From Candidatus Pacearchaeota archaeon (lineage in GTDB: Archaea; Nanobdellota; Nanobdellia; Pacearchaeales; GW2011-AR1), in contig JAGVWP010000003.1 of NCBI GenBank assembly GCA_018304985.1, forward strand, positions 988 through 64,987: a DNA stretch of 64,000 nucleotides. The letters are read 5' to 3'. The notes below the pieces were generated by a model. The model saw only the letters and a program-made list of their open reading frames with translations. It did no database searches and was not told the origin of the DNA. Made by a program: the position numbers and the translations under genes. This document shows positions 63,402 to 64,000 of this stretch, in pieces; the stretch's first letter is position 1, and each line of letters starts with the position of its first letter.

Positions 63402-63776
63402 ATGAGCCAAGATATTATTGCAGATACACTGAACGAAATTATGAATGCTAAAAAAAGCAGAAAGGAAACAGTAGTCGTAGACAGGCATTCAAAACTCCTA
63501 TTAAAAGTCTTGGAAATTGGGAAAAAAGAAGGCTATATAGAAAGCTATAAGATTAATAAAACTAAATTAGAGATAAAAATGGCTAATATAAATGAATGCA
63601 AGGCAATAAAGCCAAGATTTTACGTAACAAAGGATGAAATAATGAAATATGTAAAAAGATTTCTGCCTGCAAGAGGTGTTGGAATAATGATAATTTCAAC
63701 AAATAAAGGAGTTATTACACATGATAAAGCAATAAATGATAGCCTTGGGGGGGCTTTAATAGCTTATTTTTATTAA
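63402..63776 (+). CDS. rps8: ribosomal protein uS8
   Basis: DIIADTLNEIMNAKKSRK...GGALIAYFY. Confidence 0.9.
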   Translation: MSQDIIADTLNEIMNAKKSRKETVVVDRHSKLLLKVLEIGKKEGYIESYKINKTKLEIKMANINECKAIKPRFYVTKDEIMKYVKRFLPARGVGIMIISTNKGVITHDKAINDSLGGALIAYFY

Positions 63777-63777
63777 A

Positions 63778-64000
63778 ATGAAAATAGAAATTAACGAAAA
63801 AATTGAATTTCCAGAAGGTTTTGAGTTTGGCATTAATAATAGTGAGATTTATGTAAAAGGCAATAGCAAAGAAACAAAAAAAACATTCAATCTAAGGGGA
63901 ATAAATGTAGAAAAGTCAGGAAATTCCCTAACATTAAGTGTAAAAAACGGAACAAAAAGGCACAGAAAGATTATAAAGACAATAGCTGCACATTTAAAAA
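63778..64000 (+). CDS. rpl6: ribosomal protein uL6 (5' part, runs off the window)
   Basis: MKIEINEKIEFPEGFEFGINNSEIYVKGNSKE... in the conserved position after rps8. Confidence 0.8.
   Translation, partial: MKIEINEKIEFPEGFEFGINNSEIYVKGNSKETKKTFNLRGINVEKSGNSLTLSVKNGTKRHRKIIKTIAAHLK

Overview
Visibly AT-rich archaeal chromosome segment. The archaeal assignment rests on archaeal/eukaryal-type ribosomal proteins (eL43, eL40, eS4, P0/P1), PCNA, a PriS-type primase, aIF5A, Spt5, prefoldin, and FtsZ with SepF. The fused primase and the abundance of Cys-rich surface proteins suggest a small-genome DPANN-like archaeon; this is inference only. The window has three sectors. (i) 1-8.5 kb holds anchored Cys-rich surface proteins, the primase and PCNA. 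(ii) About 8.6-34 kb is a cell-envelope island. It contains two tandem, diverged copies of a module made of a class-III-signal (type IV pilin-like) protein plus a giant Cys-rich membrane protein (one copy fused but frameshifted, the other split). It also contains a further cluster of four pilin-like genes interrupted by a Fic gene, an S-layer gene with a long structured leader, and an archaeosortase-like gene convergent with a protein carrying a C-terminal sorting-type signal. (iii) 34-64 kb is housekeeping: sepF, pfdB, rpoP, the secE-spt5-rpl11 block, pdaD, ftsZ, aIF5A, an S2P protease, rpl1-P0-P1, a Kef-type antiporter, AMP phosphorylase, and the large r-protein operon from rpl3 to rpl6. Three tRNAs were folded by hand: Asp-like GUC, Pro UGG and Ser UGA. 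Three families of short intergenic repeats recur through the window and sit even inside the r-protein operon, which also carries two tightly packed unknown ORFs. Three apparent frameshifts lie at short homopolymers and may be sequencing or assembly artefacts. No rRNA, CRISPR array, transposase or integrase gene was seen. All calls come from reading the sequence and ORF translations by eye; no searches were run.
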